64,000 nucleotides of DNA, from the NCBI GenBank assembly GCA_002104905.1, contig MCFE01000039.1, positions 62,001 through 126,000 of the forward strand, written 5' to 3'. Within the stretch, counting starts at the first letter, position 1. Every line of letters begins with the position of its first letter. A program made the position numbers and the translations under genes. Source of the stretch: Basidiobolus meristosporus CBS 931.73. Taxonomy: Eukaryota; Fungi; Basidiobolomycota. The notes under the pieces were generated by a model. That model was given only the letters and a program-made list of their open reading frames with translations, ran no database searches and had not been told where the DNA came from. Shown in pieces: positions 50,063 through 64,000 of this stretch.

Positions 50063-51119
50063 TTAGCGAGAGTAGCTTCTTCCTCTGGATCTGGATCTGG
50101 ACCATGATTTGGATCGACTGCGACGGCGGCTGGTGCGCTCGGTCTTTCTTCCCATGTACTGCCCGGGGGTTGGCGAGTGAGGTCTCTGTGTCATGGAGAA
50201 GTCGACGCGGATACGTCTTCCGTGGAGTTCCTGCAAATCCCGCATGCCTTAGTTGCCGGTGCTGAATTCAATCCGTAAGTGACGCGCTTACCAATCCGTT
50301 AGTCTTCTCTTTGGCTCTGGCTGCATCCTCCTCATGCTCGAAGTAAACGAAGCCGAATCCACGAGAGCGGTCAGTCTATAGTGAGGCGGTCAGCATGGCC
50401 AAGCGAAAATCCCGCCTACGCAATGATACTTACGCGATGATCATATACAATTGTTACTCTCTCATGTTTACCAAATTCATCAAAGAGCTCTTCGAGGTCT
50501 CTTTCGCGGGTACGTAAGCTTAAACCAAAGACACCCAGTACTTTGCTAGGGGGAGGGGTACCCTACAAGCAAGGGATTAGACACTCTTAGGGTTGGGAGC
50601 AGGTAGCCCCATCCGAATATTCCTTACCTTTCTGCGGGCGGGGGAACGGCTGCGTTGCTTGCGTCTGGGAGGGCTGCGAGATCTGTACGAGAAGATTAGT
50701 GATGCACTCGAGAAAATAGGAAAAACAGTCAATGAACCTTGAGTAACGGCGACGACTGTGACGTCCGTTACGTGAATCACGATAATCCCGATATCTTTCA
50801 TTTGAACGATCCCGACGTCTGTCACGAGATCTATCCTCAGAACGATCTCTGGATCCGCTACGATATCTATCGCGTCTGTCTCTAGATCCGCTACGACGGC
50901 TTCTAGATCTTTCGGGAGATCTTTCCCTGCCTCTCTCCCTGGAATCTTCTCTTGGAGCAGGTTCCTCAGATTTAGTGTACTCCTCAGGGCTCCTCTCAGC
51001 AGTCATTTCAGGAGCCGGAGCGGCAACATTGTCTAAATTCTGGGACGAACAAACACATGAATAACCGACTCTGGAAACGGGTTCATTGCCAATACACTTA
51101 CTTCCCCGTTCGAAGCCAT
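50063..51119 (-). CDS. TRA2: Transformer-2-like SR splicing factor (RS-RRM-RS), 6 exons
   Basis: Spliced product MASNGE|..RS repeats..|KVLGVFGLS..|[12 protein letters not shown]..|[29 protein letters not shown]. All introns GT-AG. Confidence 0.88.
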
Positions 51120-51446
51120 TTTCAAGATGGAAGATGAACAGGAATCAACACTAGCACTTGATTGATGGAATGCAAGTTATTGTCTGTTTGCTTCAAAATG
51201 AGGACTCCACGTGATGAGTCAGTCTTGATAAAAAAAAATTAAATGATGCACTTTTTTTTTAGCATCGTTCTATAGATGGGAAACCCCGATAACATCCGAT
51301 TCTGATTAATACGTGCATAAACCAACTACCTAGATCCGTAACTAAAGCCAACTTGACACCTGACCATAGGGACTAGGTTAGTTGATGAAATTCCTATCAT
51401 ACTTTGGAATTACCAGCGCGTTCCAACCACTTCTCTACTAGCCAGT

Positions 51447-54170
51447 ATGGAGTTATTCGAGAATTTCAAGAACGAGGCTCTGGGCCAGGTGGAGGCTTTC
51501 TTAGCCAACTCCTCTCACAACTTTGGAAGCCCCGAGGGACTCTCTGTTGCGAAAGAAAAAGTTCCCAGTCATTTCACTATTTCCCAAGAAGGGGATACGC
51601 AACAGGTTATCGACACTCGCAAAATCGCCTTGGAATATTCACTTCGACACAAAACTTTGAACACTGGAGTACGGCTTTGTAACGCCTCTATAGCGTTTCT
51701 TTTATTCTGACTCACTGTTGCCTACAGGCTATATACACGAACTCTGGACAACAATTGGAAGCACTGTTCAATTGCCTAGAACTTGTGCTACTGTGTGCGG
51801 AAAAAGGTAGTTTGGCGAAGCCTAGGCGATGAATGCGGGCCAATCTCGTGACGAAATCTCGCTAATCAATGGGTAATGTAGAGCTGTGCGATGCACTTCT
51901 GCCTTTGACTTTGTTGGAGGAGCTACTGGATACGCAGACCATCGAGGGCTGCGAAAAGGTGTTCACGTTTCTCGAGAGAAAGATTGACAGTTTCACAGTG
52001 GTAAGGCTGCATTTTCTCCGGCCCCGTTAAAGAATCACGAAGTAACGTCCTCCTATAGGGAATGGTCGCTGGTAAAGGCAAAGGTCTCGTATTTTTGAGA
52101 CTTTGCAACGAGTTACTTCGTAGACTATCCAAAACGAAGAATACTGTGTTTTGTGGCCGAATCTTGATATTGCTTGCCAAGGTTTTCCCTCTAGGCGAAC
52201 GCTCCGGTAAGACGCCCTTGTAGAGCGTTTGGGAAATTGTAGTATTGATCAGCTTGTTTGTAGGCGTGAATTTAAGGGGAGATTTCAACATCGAGAATAG
52301 CACATCCTACGAGGACAACCACATGGAGGATGACACTGAGGGAATCCAAGGTACCAAATATGAGCATGCCTATAGCGAAATTAGTCGACTAAAATCCCTT
52401 GCGTTTGCATCAATAGAGGACTATAAATTCTACATAAGATTTTGGTCGCTGCAACAGTACTTCGCCAATCCGCCGCTATTCTTCCAGCAAGAAAACCATT
52501 CCATCGTCAAAGAGGTACCTCTTATGTCAGTTGTGGCGCTCTAGATGCATTGACTTACACCACAGTCTTCAGGAAGTGGAGAACATCTTGAACGAGTTCA
52601 AAAAAATCACGTCTAATGACTACACCCTAATGAATGCCAACGAGAAGGCCCAGAAGCAAAATGGAAACAAGAGAACGCGCGAGGAAGACTCTGCATTCGC
52701 CTCCAATACAAACTTTTTCTTCCCAAAGTTCTTGTCCAGCCGGAATCTGATGGCGCTGGAGGTATGCTGCGACCAGATTGAGCACACTTGGATACACGTT
52801 AATCACTTCATTATCAGCTGGAAGACCCTCATTTCAGGAGACATATACTGGTTCAGATTCTGATCTTTTTACATTATCTGATGAACTTCACAGCTTCCGA
52901 GAAGGAGAAGCATGCCACGCTCAAAACCCCCAACAAGTCAGTGATTCAAACGTTTAGCCTGGAGCCTGAACAGGTAAGACTCTTAAAGATAAGCGTACCA
53001 GAAAGCCGTACTTACTCTAGTTTCAGGAAACCTGGATAACCCAGCTGTGGCAGGACACTGTCCTACTGTTGCAGTCAACACCACCCAACGGCAAACGGTT
53101 TACGGAGAGGGTCTTGTGTATCTTGGATCACGAGAGAAACTGGGTATGCATCCGACAATAGTCCTCGAGGAGCACGTCACACTAACGCGTCGCTATAGGT
53201 TAATTGGAAAAATGAATCCTGCCCTCCTTTTGAGAAGGCGGCATTGCTGGCATCCGAAGCGTCAACCGAGATTGCTCAGAAGAGAGTGAAGTTATCCGTA
53301 AGCCAGATGTGATCTCCATGACCGCATCTCGCTGATACTGACGTATTCGTGCATTAGATTCCCCCCGCTGCTATCAAGAACCCAGTTGGTACGAGGACTT
53401 TAACAAAACTCTGGGATCTAAGTAAAGAGGACGGTGATTTGCTCCCCGCACTCTCCAAGTAAGTCCCATACCGCCGGTGTTGCCGTCCACTGCTCTAACC
53501 TAATTGGCAAACATTTAGTGAGCGCACAGCTCCCCCGCTACTTGAATATCTAAGCCAGGTCGGGGATATCAAAGCTAAGATAAACTCCTCCTCCGAGGAA
53601 GAGGTTGAGGTACTGCGGAATCAAGTCTTTCTCAACTAATTTGCATTAATCTTACCGTTGTCGACCAAGGTGGCACAATCCCAACGATGGAGAGCGCTCC
53701 GGATGGCGTCAAAGCAATACCTATGCTGCTTTGGTAGAATCGGTAACGGCGATCTGAGTATTCTCAAACAGGAAGTCTTGAATGAAATCAACAAAGCAAA
53801 CGAGATTCCTAAACCCATTGATCATGCCAAGCATGTTGAGGCTCCAAAGCCAACTGACAAAAAGGCCGATGTAGCGAAGGAAACACCAACTCCTAAGCAA
53901 GACATGCCCCCTGCTCCCGTTGAATCCCTTGAAAACAAGCCCCCCACCGGCAATGCTCCAGCGACTGGTACTGTGGACAGTTCTAGTGATAACGCTCCGG
54001 CGACTGGCACTGTGGAAAGTTCTGGTGATAATGCTCCGGCGACTGGTATTGTGGACAGTTCTGGTGATAATGCTCCGGCGGAAGCCAGCGATCCTCCAGC
54101 CGATCAAACCACGGACAACCCCCCGAAGAGCCCAATCAAAACGAACCCACCTGATGACACCGAGAAATGA
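51447..54170 (+). CDS. THOC1: THO complex subunit 1 (THOC1/Hpr1), multi-exon
   Basis: [75 protein letters not shown] and WRALR motifs. GT-AG introns. Confidence 0.92.
53952..54080 (+). repeat. 39-bp coding tandem repeat ([13 protein letters not shown] x3.3) in the THOC1 C-terminus
   Basis: Units at 53952, 53991 and 54030, partial unit at 54069. Confidence 0.9.
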
Positions 54171-54340
54171 GCAGAATCACTTGCTCGCGCCCCATTCAAA
54201 AGCGGTGATTTGATCACTAAATGCATTTATTTAGGAGAAACTTAAATCTACTGTAAACATAGATCACTTGTAAATCTGAAGAGTGAATGGAATAGACAAG
54301 CATTTCTTGAGAAATAAACCACTCTGTTCGGCTGACAGTA

Positions 54341-55416
54341 CTATAGACGATCGATCTGATTCCTTCTGGCCTCTAGCTTGATGAATGCAGACCTACACAT
54401 CTCCAAAAGCTACGGGACCACTATTAGCTCATGAATACCCATCAAGCTATCAAAAGCCTACCTTGTCGCTCATGAGGGCTTTCGCTCGTTTGGTCTGGCG
54501 ATGTAATATCGTGCTTGCTTCTTGATATTTGCCAACCTGGAGGCAGTATTCTGCGTAATAAATCCAACAGCTAATCTCAACATCCAAGTCACCGAGCTGT
54601 TGGGCAAGGGCTATCTGCTTCTTTGCAAGCATACCAGCCTTCCTGGCCTATTGAACCTGGTCAATTGGGAGTTGTAAAGTGATTGAAAGGCCAAATCATT
54701 CCATACATGATGTTTATCAGTGCGACCCAAAGTGGAGTGTGCACCACCCAACACAGAGTAGAAAGTCCCAACAAAATTCAGATTAATGTGGCGTGCGAGC
54801 AGGGTGAATAGTCGCCGAGCCCTGGAGTGCGCAACGATTAGAGAAGTATCTCTGGAATAGGCCAGGTGTAGTCGATTTACCAACTTATATCTATCGTACT
54901 AGCAGCCGAGCTTTCGATATACTCAATATGAAAGGTAACACTACGCTGTTCTATCTCCATACTGTCTGGCAAAGCTCGCCAATGCTTGAGAAAGCCAACA
55001 GAGTAGCAATATCCTAAAAGTATTACTATAGGCTTGATCGTTTCCGCTTTCAAATCCCTCTTGAGGAGCTGGTAACAACGATGATTTTGAACTCTGATTC
55101 GGATAACATCTGCATTGCTTCCCTCTTCAGTGGAATTAAGAAGCAACTGGAATTTTGAATCCGTGTGTGGCGATTCTATCCATCGGTGAAGAATTGCTGT
55201 GGGAAACCGGGCGGAGGCAACTAGAAGAACGGTGAATGCATAGTTCGCAGAGGTATCAATATCAATCGGTTTATATTTGTTCGCAGAATTTGGGATTTTG
55301 TGGTGAGAACGAAGCCATGTTTACAAGTCACGGAAATAATTTCACATACGTAGCTCTGTATAACTGCACAACACATCATAAGTAAATAACTCATTGTATG
55401 CTACGCTGAATGCCAT
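54341..55416 (-). CDS. Conserved hypothetical helical protein, DUF4807-like; 5' exon structure tentative
   Basis: FYSVLGGAHSTLG resembles the STLGG motif of DUF4807. Followed by AGMLAKKQIALAQQLGDLDVEISCWIYYAE..Q.GKYQEA..I and LLEMCRSAFIKLEARRNQIDRL*. Confidence 0.6.
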
Positions 55417-55603
55417 CTCAAGGAAACCAGCTCCGCAATCTATCGTTTACTCGGCTCGTTTGTAAATTTTATTATTTGGCAACACCAGCATTGTTACCAA
55501 ATCGATTTTTTTCGAAGTATATTTTGGAAATAGCTGACTCAATTTACTGTGAATCAAGTTGAAAGCCTATTTAAATACCTAGCTCTGTATTGGTGACAGT
55601 GAG

Positions 55604-57400
55604 ATGAGCACCCAAAGCGCTGAAAAAGATACTAGTGACCACACTGAAACTAGCGAACAATTGTTTTCCGTGTCTGGAAAGTCTTGCCAGCTACCCAAGT
55701 CCAACTATGTTGGTTGTTGTAGATCAGTGGACGAATTTGAGAAACTGAATCGAGTAGGAGAAGGAACATACGGGATTGTTTAGTAGGACTTCGTATAAAT
55801 CTATTCGCCTCTTCCTTGCTACAACAGATATTCCATCGTTTTTAGTCGCGTTAGAGATAAAATTACCAACGAGATCCTGGCGTTGAAGAAAATCCGTATG
55901 GATTTTGAAAATGAAGGACTACCCCTTTCAAGTCTTCGGGAGATCATGCTTCTTAAAAAACTGAATCATAAAAACATCGTGAATGTTACCGATGTTGCAG
56001 TTGGACGTAGTTTGGATAGCATATTTATGGTGATGGAGTATTGTCAACAGGAAAGTGCTCTTTGCTCTCCCCGCGTGTCTTACTTTCAACGTTTACTTCG
56101 CGGCTGAATCACCTGAGGATTCTGGTATCCGAAGTCAGACGTTGAAGACAAGCTTATTTATCTTCACCCACTTTTCGGACTGCCCATTCACATCTCTCCT
56201 TGATGAAACACATACAGGACTTGGCAGCTTTACTTGACAATATGCCAAAGCCATTTTCCTTGTCGGAAGGTAAGCTTTTGTGAAGAAGCCGCTACAATTA
56301 CGACTATACTGATTTGCTGTCTATAGTCAAGTGCCTTATGCTGCAACTACTCAAGGGGCTGGAGTTTTGTCACGATAACTTTATTGTTCACAGGTAAAAA
56401 AAGCAATGTTTAACCTTGTAGTATGTTCAAAGCACCTAACGAAGAAATCAGGGACTTGAAAGTCTCCAACCTCCTCTTGAATTCACAGGGCGTTCTCAAA
56501 ATTGGTATGAGCTATCGTCGTCTGTCAATAGAAAACGAATTAACTTGTCAGCTAGCTGATTTCGGTCTCGCGAGAACTTTTAGCAAGCCCCCTAAAGCTA
56601 TGACACCCAGAGTCGTAACATTGTGGTATCGTGCGCCCGAACTGCTACTAGGAGAACAGTCATACACTACAGCGGTTGATATGTGGTAAGATTTCGGCTG
56701 CCATTCATGTTTCCTACAAAACCCGTTTACTCATTCTCCTTAGGTCGGTTGGTTGTATATTTGGCGAGCTTCTAAAGCACAAACCATTTCTACCTGGAAA
56801 AACAGAACGCCAGCAGCTTGAGCTCATTATCAAACTACTGGGCACTCCAAATGAGCGCATATGGAGAGGCTTTAATCGACTTCCCTTGGCTCAATCTATC
56901 AAACTTCCGGAACAAAGGTTTCATCTCAGCCAAACAACAGTCATTTGTACAAGCGGCGCTAACCTAACTCATATATTCTGTAGATACAACAATCTCAAAA
57001 TAGAACTTCCCGATCTAAGCAAAGAAACACTGCTACTATTGAACGGGCTTCTCACCTATGATCCGGAAAAGCGGTTTAACGTCAAGAAAGCGTTAACACA
57101 TCCATATTTCAGAGAGCCACCCACTGGTAACACATTTGATTCACCTCAGCCAGCGAATGACGAACTCAGCATTTTCTATGTATTCAGCCAAAGATCCATC
57201 TTTGATGCCCACATTCCCAGAGATCCGCAACGAAATATCCGAGAGAGCCAAGTAAGAATGGCAATTTTATTCATATTCAGTCACCAAGCTAACTCGTGGA
57301 CAGGCGACGTCAATTATACGAGGAGAATCAAAAGAAACGTCAAGCCCAGGAGCAGGATGGGTTCTTCAAAACCAGCTACAAGAAGAAATTGATCGTGTGA
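55604..57400 (+). CDS. CDK10: Cyclin-dependent kinase of the CDK10 (PISSLRE) type
   Basis: [77 protein letters not shown]. Confidence 0.88.
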
Positions 57401-59050
57401 AGTTAGCGCCTAGCTTATTGTTGTACATATACTAGATTGAACACTATAACAATAAACCACCCCATCATGTGACCAAAGTTTCCAGGATTCTGAATAATCT
57501 AGACCATCGTTGGCGAACTTTATTTGATCTCTGCACATCTTTTCCTCAGCGGGACTCTGGAAGCCACTCAAGGAGATACACCAATAAAAGAGGCACTCTT
57601 GGGAGCCACAAAGCTGAATTCGGAAGCCATCGCATGTCAAACCCGAATTATTCGAAATACTCGGTCGGAGCAATGTCATCTCAAACAAGTGGGAAAGGAA
57701 AGGGTTAGAGTCCGCATACAACGATGGCCAACCCCTTGATCCCTGTGGACGTCGCCCCTCCACCCCCATCCCTCACCCCTCACCCCTCATCCCTCGCTAC
57801 CGTGAGAGTCCCTCTGCGATCAAGAAGCCCCTTACATCTGTAGAGCCTATTGGCAATAGTGGGGCGTCGGATGCCATAGAAACAGCGTCGTATGATGTAA
57901 TCAGCAGCCAATGATCGAGAACAAGAACCGAGAAACCATTCACTAGGTTCTGGCTCACCCCCCAAATCGTTGTTGGAAAGTTTGATCAAGTCCGCCGGCT
58001 AAGAATCTCGATGAATTCGTGAGTTTGGGACTGTACTGCGTCGTTGTGACGTATGCAGTCAAATTAATATCGGGATTTCAAATCCCCAATAGTTTCGCCG
58101 CAGCTCGGTTGTGGGATAGCCACTCATCCTGACTCATAAATAATTATCCGTAGATTCTGATCTTGCAACCAGATCTTCACATCCCCTAGCACTCAAGCAC
58201 CCACCCAGCATAACACCTCTCTGACACGTTCAAGAGTACGGATCATGTGGCATCCCTCTATCAAATGGATTTGAAACATGCCTAATGAAGGCCCGGGGGA
58301 GTCCACCAGCGCAGCAGCTATGAGGGAGTGTGCAAATCCAGTGCTCATTAACTTTGCGTTACGCTCCATATACGGCCACTGGTGTGCGTATTGGAGGGGG
58401 CTGACGGTCGCTTGACAATGTGGTATCCCCAGCCAATCCGAGCGCACTCTCATGATTGCCGCACACTTCAGTGGCCGCTACTAAATTGCTGGCATGCACT
58501 AACCCCCGTTTTATTCATTCAGGATAAATGATTTATTTGCTTAACTCCATGGTTGCCATAATTCGCATTTATTACCCTAAAATTGCGAATGGTGAGCATT
58601 TCCATTCGATAAATGGGTGATTATCTATCAACCACAGGATATCGGAGGCAAACTCAAACCCAATTTTGTAGCTTGCAGTAGCAATCGTGTATATTTGCTA
58701 GTAAGAATGGATTTGTTTCAAATGGGTCTACTTTTTGGGAAGCCTGGTGCAAGGGTTGGACAAAATTGTGGTAATTACAACCAGTTAGTCCAATAATGGC
58801 TCACAGTTGCGGGTCGGCATTCCGTCCATTGTTGTGAGTGGGATTCTCTAATAATTCTTACAATATCAGTAATTCATGTTAGATTCCGTGTAACCTCGTC
58901 CATAAATTCGGCCCCTCTGCTCAGATTTCCGAAGAGTTCCTTACTTGACCACTTCTTGCAAGAGTTCATTTGCTGGTTATTGCAACGTACAGAGTCGAAG
59001 TGTATTGATTGCGTTGTTGTGTTGTATCTTCATTTTAGTCTTCTAGAGAT

Positions 59051-60302
<1,252 letters not shown>

Positions 60303-60763
60303 GCAATCAGTGTTGGTTTTGGTAACTTTGTCCTGGTTCACTCTACACCGCTTTTGTCTTTCCACGCCACTAGCGTCACATCATGAAGCTTTCTTGTATC
60401 ATAGTTTTCGGTTGTACATTCCCCTTTGTGATTGCGTTTCAAGAGTAGTTGATTCATCTTTCTCCTTTATTTCTTCACTTTTTCAGCATTGAGCAGCGCT
60501 GATCGTTTCCAGCTACCTGCATGACACTAATTCATTGACTTTTGTACCATATTCGGATTTCCCTCAATGACAACGAACTTTGGATAGAGTTGATTGTTCT
60601 TCACTAATAAATATATTCTAATACGAGATTGGCATGAGCATATATGCTACAACCTGGATCAAAAGTCGCAGTATATCTTCTAAATTGGGCCAAAAATAAA
60701 CAATCAGTATTTTAGATACCGTTGACGGGTGGTTTCGTTGCACCTGAATAACTACATTGCCTG

Positions 60764-63700
60764 ATGACAGCGCAAAGTCCTCGTGAAAGTAACCTGCCAA
60801 GGCCGATAAAAAAACTCGACGAAGCGGTAGTCAATAGGATCGCCGCTGGAGAGGTACCTTGATAACCCTTTCGAGCCAGGCGATTAGACTAAACATTCCT
60901 TCACTGTCACGTAAAAGATTATCCATAGGCCAGCCAACGCTCTCAAAGAATTAATCGAGAACTCTCTTGACGCGGGGTCAACCTCTATATCTGTGCTAAT
61001 TAAGGAGGGTGGGCTAAAGCTTTTACAGATCCAAGACACCGGCCATGGCATTAGAGTAATTCCTATTCTTCTTTATCCCCGCTTGGCGGCGTCGAGGGTC
61101 TAGACATTCACTCACGGGTATTACTTTTTGAAGAAAGAGGATATGGGGATTGTGTGCGAACGCTTCACCACTAGCAAATTGAAGGATTACGACGACCTTA
61201 TGTCTATAGGTACTTACGGCTTTCGAGGAGAAGCGCTTGCCAGTATTAGTCATGTGGCTCACCTTACGATCACCACCAAGACACAGGATTCCTCTTGTGC
61301 ATACAGGTAGTGTGAGACATTCAATATTTACTTCATAGATTTTAGCTGGGGTAATGTATTGATGGGGTGTTACGTCGATATAGAGCATGTTATTCAGACG
61401 GGAAGCTTACTGCACCCAAGCCGGGAGCAAGTGCTGATCCAAAGCCATGTGCTGGAAACAATGGGACGCAGATAACGGTAGATTACGTATCAGCCGTGAC
61501 ACAAGCGCCTCTTGCTAATCTCAATTCTTTAGGTTGAGGACCTATTCTACAATGTTCCCACCAGAAGAAAAGCTCTGAAGAATGCGAACGAAGAGTACAA
61601 CAAGATATTGGATGTGGTTAGTCGATATGCAGTCCATAATCCTGGAGTTAGTTTTACTTGCAAAAAGGTTTTCCACATCAGGCTTTGTTTGTGTATCACT
61701 TGACTGGCTAACCTGATTCATTGTTGTATCTTGGTGTTGATAGCAAGGTACCAATCGAGCAGATGTACATACCAGCTCGACGGCATCAGTCGTTGACAAT
61801 ATTCGACAAATATACGGGAATAGCGTAGCCTCAGATTTACTCGAGTTGAAATACAAATCAGACAATTTGGAGTTTGAGGTAGACGGATGGGTCTCCAATG
61901 CCAACTACAATGCAAAGAAAATGACAATGCTTTTATTCATCAATCGTAAGCCAGCCTGATATGCCAGTTTGTTGAGTTTGGTGATTCTAAGCACACTGTT
62001 TTGTAATAGACCGCGCAGTAGAAAACATATCTATTAAGCGGGCGGTTGAAAGCATCTACAGCTCCTACCTGCCGAAGGGTGCTCATCCATATCTATATAT
62101 CAGTATTAGTATGAAACCCTTGAATGTTGATGTCAACGTTCATCCCACGAAACGCGAGGTATCTATCACGGGGGTCAAATAGAAAGCACTTTGACTGATG
62201 CGATGATATCGTAGGTACATTTCTTAAACGAAGAGGAAGTTGTGGAGGAAATTGCACAAGCATTACAAGCACGACTGGCAGATGCGAATTCATCTCGTAC
62301 TTTCCTTGCTCAGGTACGGTTTCACACCATCCGGTTATACTCGCAATACTCTAACCTCCAATAACATCACCAGACCGTATTAACAAATGACAAGGATGTT
62401 GGAATCCTAACAACCAAGCCCACCGACACCCAAGAACAGTCGACATCAAAAGGTTGGGGAGATGTAGTCATTTGTACTATCTTGAATGATTAGCTTACCA
62501 CATTCTCTCAACTAGCTTCAACTCCTGCCAAAGTTCACGAATACAAATTGGTCAGAACTGATAGTCGCGCTAGAACTCTTGAACACTTCTATGATCTTTC
62601 TCAATCTGGTTCAAAAAAGATACGAACCTCTGAAAATTCAGATGTATCAAACTCACCTGCAGCCACACCAAAACCTAGTCGTCTGATACCGACTGAGTCT
62701 TCGTCAACAAGGTTTTTACTGTGGATGAACCTTTCTTTTACCTAGGACGCAATTAATATGATCCATTTCTTACCACCTGCACAGTAAAGAGAATTCTAAT
62801 AGAATGGAGGTAGACAAGCCAGACGACGCACCAGTTCGTACTCACGTCGAAGAGCAGCCAGTCGAAGAAGAGGAAATAGCAAGTACAAAGCAAGTTAGAG
62901 TGGAGGTTCGTTTAACAAGTGTATTAGAGCTAAGGGAGGAAATACAAGAGCAAGGCCATCATGGTAAGTATTGTTTCCTATGTAGCACCATTTCAGTCTC
63001 ACTAAAGCCAAAATGTGAAGGCCTCACACAGCTGTTTGGAAACCATACATTTGTTGGTGTGGTGGATGATTCTCTCGCTCTAATTCAGCACCAGACGAAA
63101 CTTTACCTAGTGAATTATCAAACAATCAGGTACTGAGATTGCGTATATTTCCAAGAAAACCGTACATACTGATCAACTGATTGATACAGTGAGGAGCTCT
63201 TCTACCAGCTTGTTCTCAAAGAATTCTGCAATTTTGGGAAGATTGTGCTTTCCTCGCCAGCACCGATCGCGAAGCTTTTAATGGTTGCGCTGGAGGAGGA
63301 GCGAAAGTATGGTTTGGAGCCAGACATCAAGCCCAACCAGGAAATCGTAGAAGTATGGAATCTGAATCTTTTTCTTTGCAACTGGTTATCCATTCGTTGA
63401 CCGCAGGTTGATTCAATTAGCCGATCGTGGATCTCTTGGTATCTAGACGGGACATGCTGCTGGAGTACTTTGCCATGGATATTAATGAAAAGGGCATGTT
63501 GACGAAACTCCCATTAATCATAAAGGGATACGCACCCAATTTAGACAAGCTTCCTATGTTTCTCCTGCGCCTGGGGACTGAGGTACGATATACATGTTCC
63601 AAAGCTTCTAGCCTATCGATATGCACCATACGAGATGAATCCTCATGGTTTAAATCAACATCCAGGTCGATTGGGAGTCAGAGAAGGGGTGCTTCTCTTC

Positions 63701-63929
63701 CTTGGCCAGAGAACTCGCCATCTTCTACTCAACGGAAGCACCGGCTCTAGTTGAGGGCGAGAAGCAGAAGAATAAAGCGGCAAAAGAGCGCTTCCGATGG
63801 GAGGTTGAACACCTCATCTTCCCCACCGTCAAAGGACATCTCGTCCCACCGAGCAGCCTGACGGAGGGGAATTGCGTAGTTCAGGTGGCAGATCTGCCTG
63901 AACTCTATCGAATCTTTGAAAGATGTTGA
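60764..63929 (+). CDS. MLH1: DNA mismatch repair protein MLH1 (MutL homologue), multi-exon
   Basis: [74 protein letters not shown] and C-terminal [11 protein letters not shown]. Confidence 0.97.
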
Positions 63930-64000
63930 AATAAAAGCAAATGTGAATACTGCATTGAATGGGATTTATTTTCACCACTTCAAGAGTGTCGCATGTGTGT

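Noticed and set aside
50683-50737. Weak GTTCAT donor in TRA2 intron 2 as an autoregulated retained intron
   Set aside because: Equally weak donors (GTTTTC, GTTTTT, GTTGGG) occur in MLH1, so it is not distinctive without expression data.
53721-54107. Minus-strand ORFs with repeated [16 protein letters not shown] units
   Set aside because: They are alternative-frame readings of the THOC1 39-bp repeat.
60764-63929. MLH1 near a hypermutated transposon block as a linked mutator system
   Set aside because: It is an ordinary single housekeeping gene more than 11 kb from the repeats; nothing in the sequence links them.

Overview
Eukaryotic window, most likely from an early-diverging fungus (inference from ~50-60 nt introns and TRA2/THOC1/CDK10/AZF1-like/MLH1 genes). 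It has two sharply different halves. Bases 1 to ~49.3 kb are a CpG-depleted nest of transposons. These include several decayed Ty3/Gypsy and Ty1/Copia elements, nested in one another with readable target-site duplications (TSDs), plus decayed CACTA/EnSpm elements. There is also an IS5/Harbinger/ISL2EU-type DDE transposon with a divergent second ORF, and one young, structurally complete Gypsy element (21609-28385, AAGTA TSD). Bases ~49.3-64 kb are a CpG-rich island with six spliced host genes. The most notable observations are: (1) an extra non-env ORF between pol and the 3' LTR of the young Gypsy; (2) a near-intact DDE transposase with zero CpG, beside a CpG-rich Gypsy being inactivated by CGA>TGA changes; (3) an apparent GA-AG intron in CDK10; (4) divergent accessory ORFs in both DNA-transposon families. 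Exon boundaries and relic coordinates were read by eye and are approximate.
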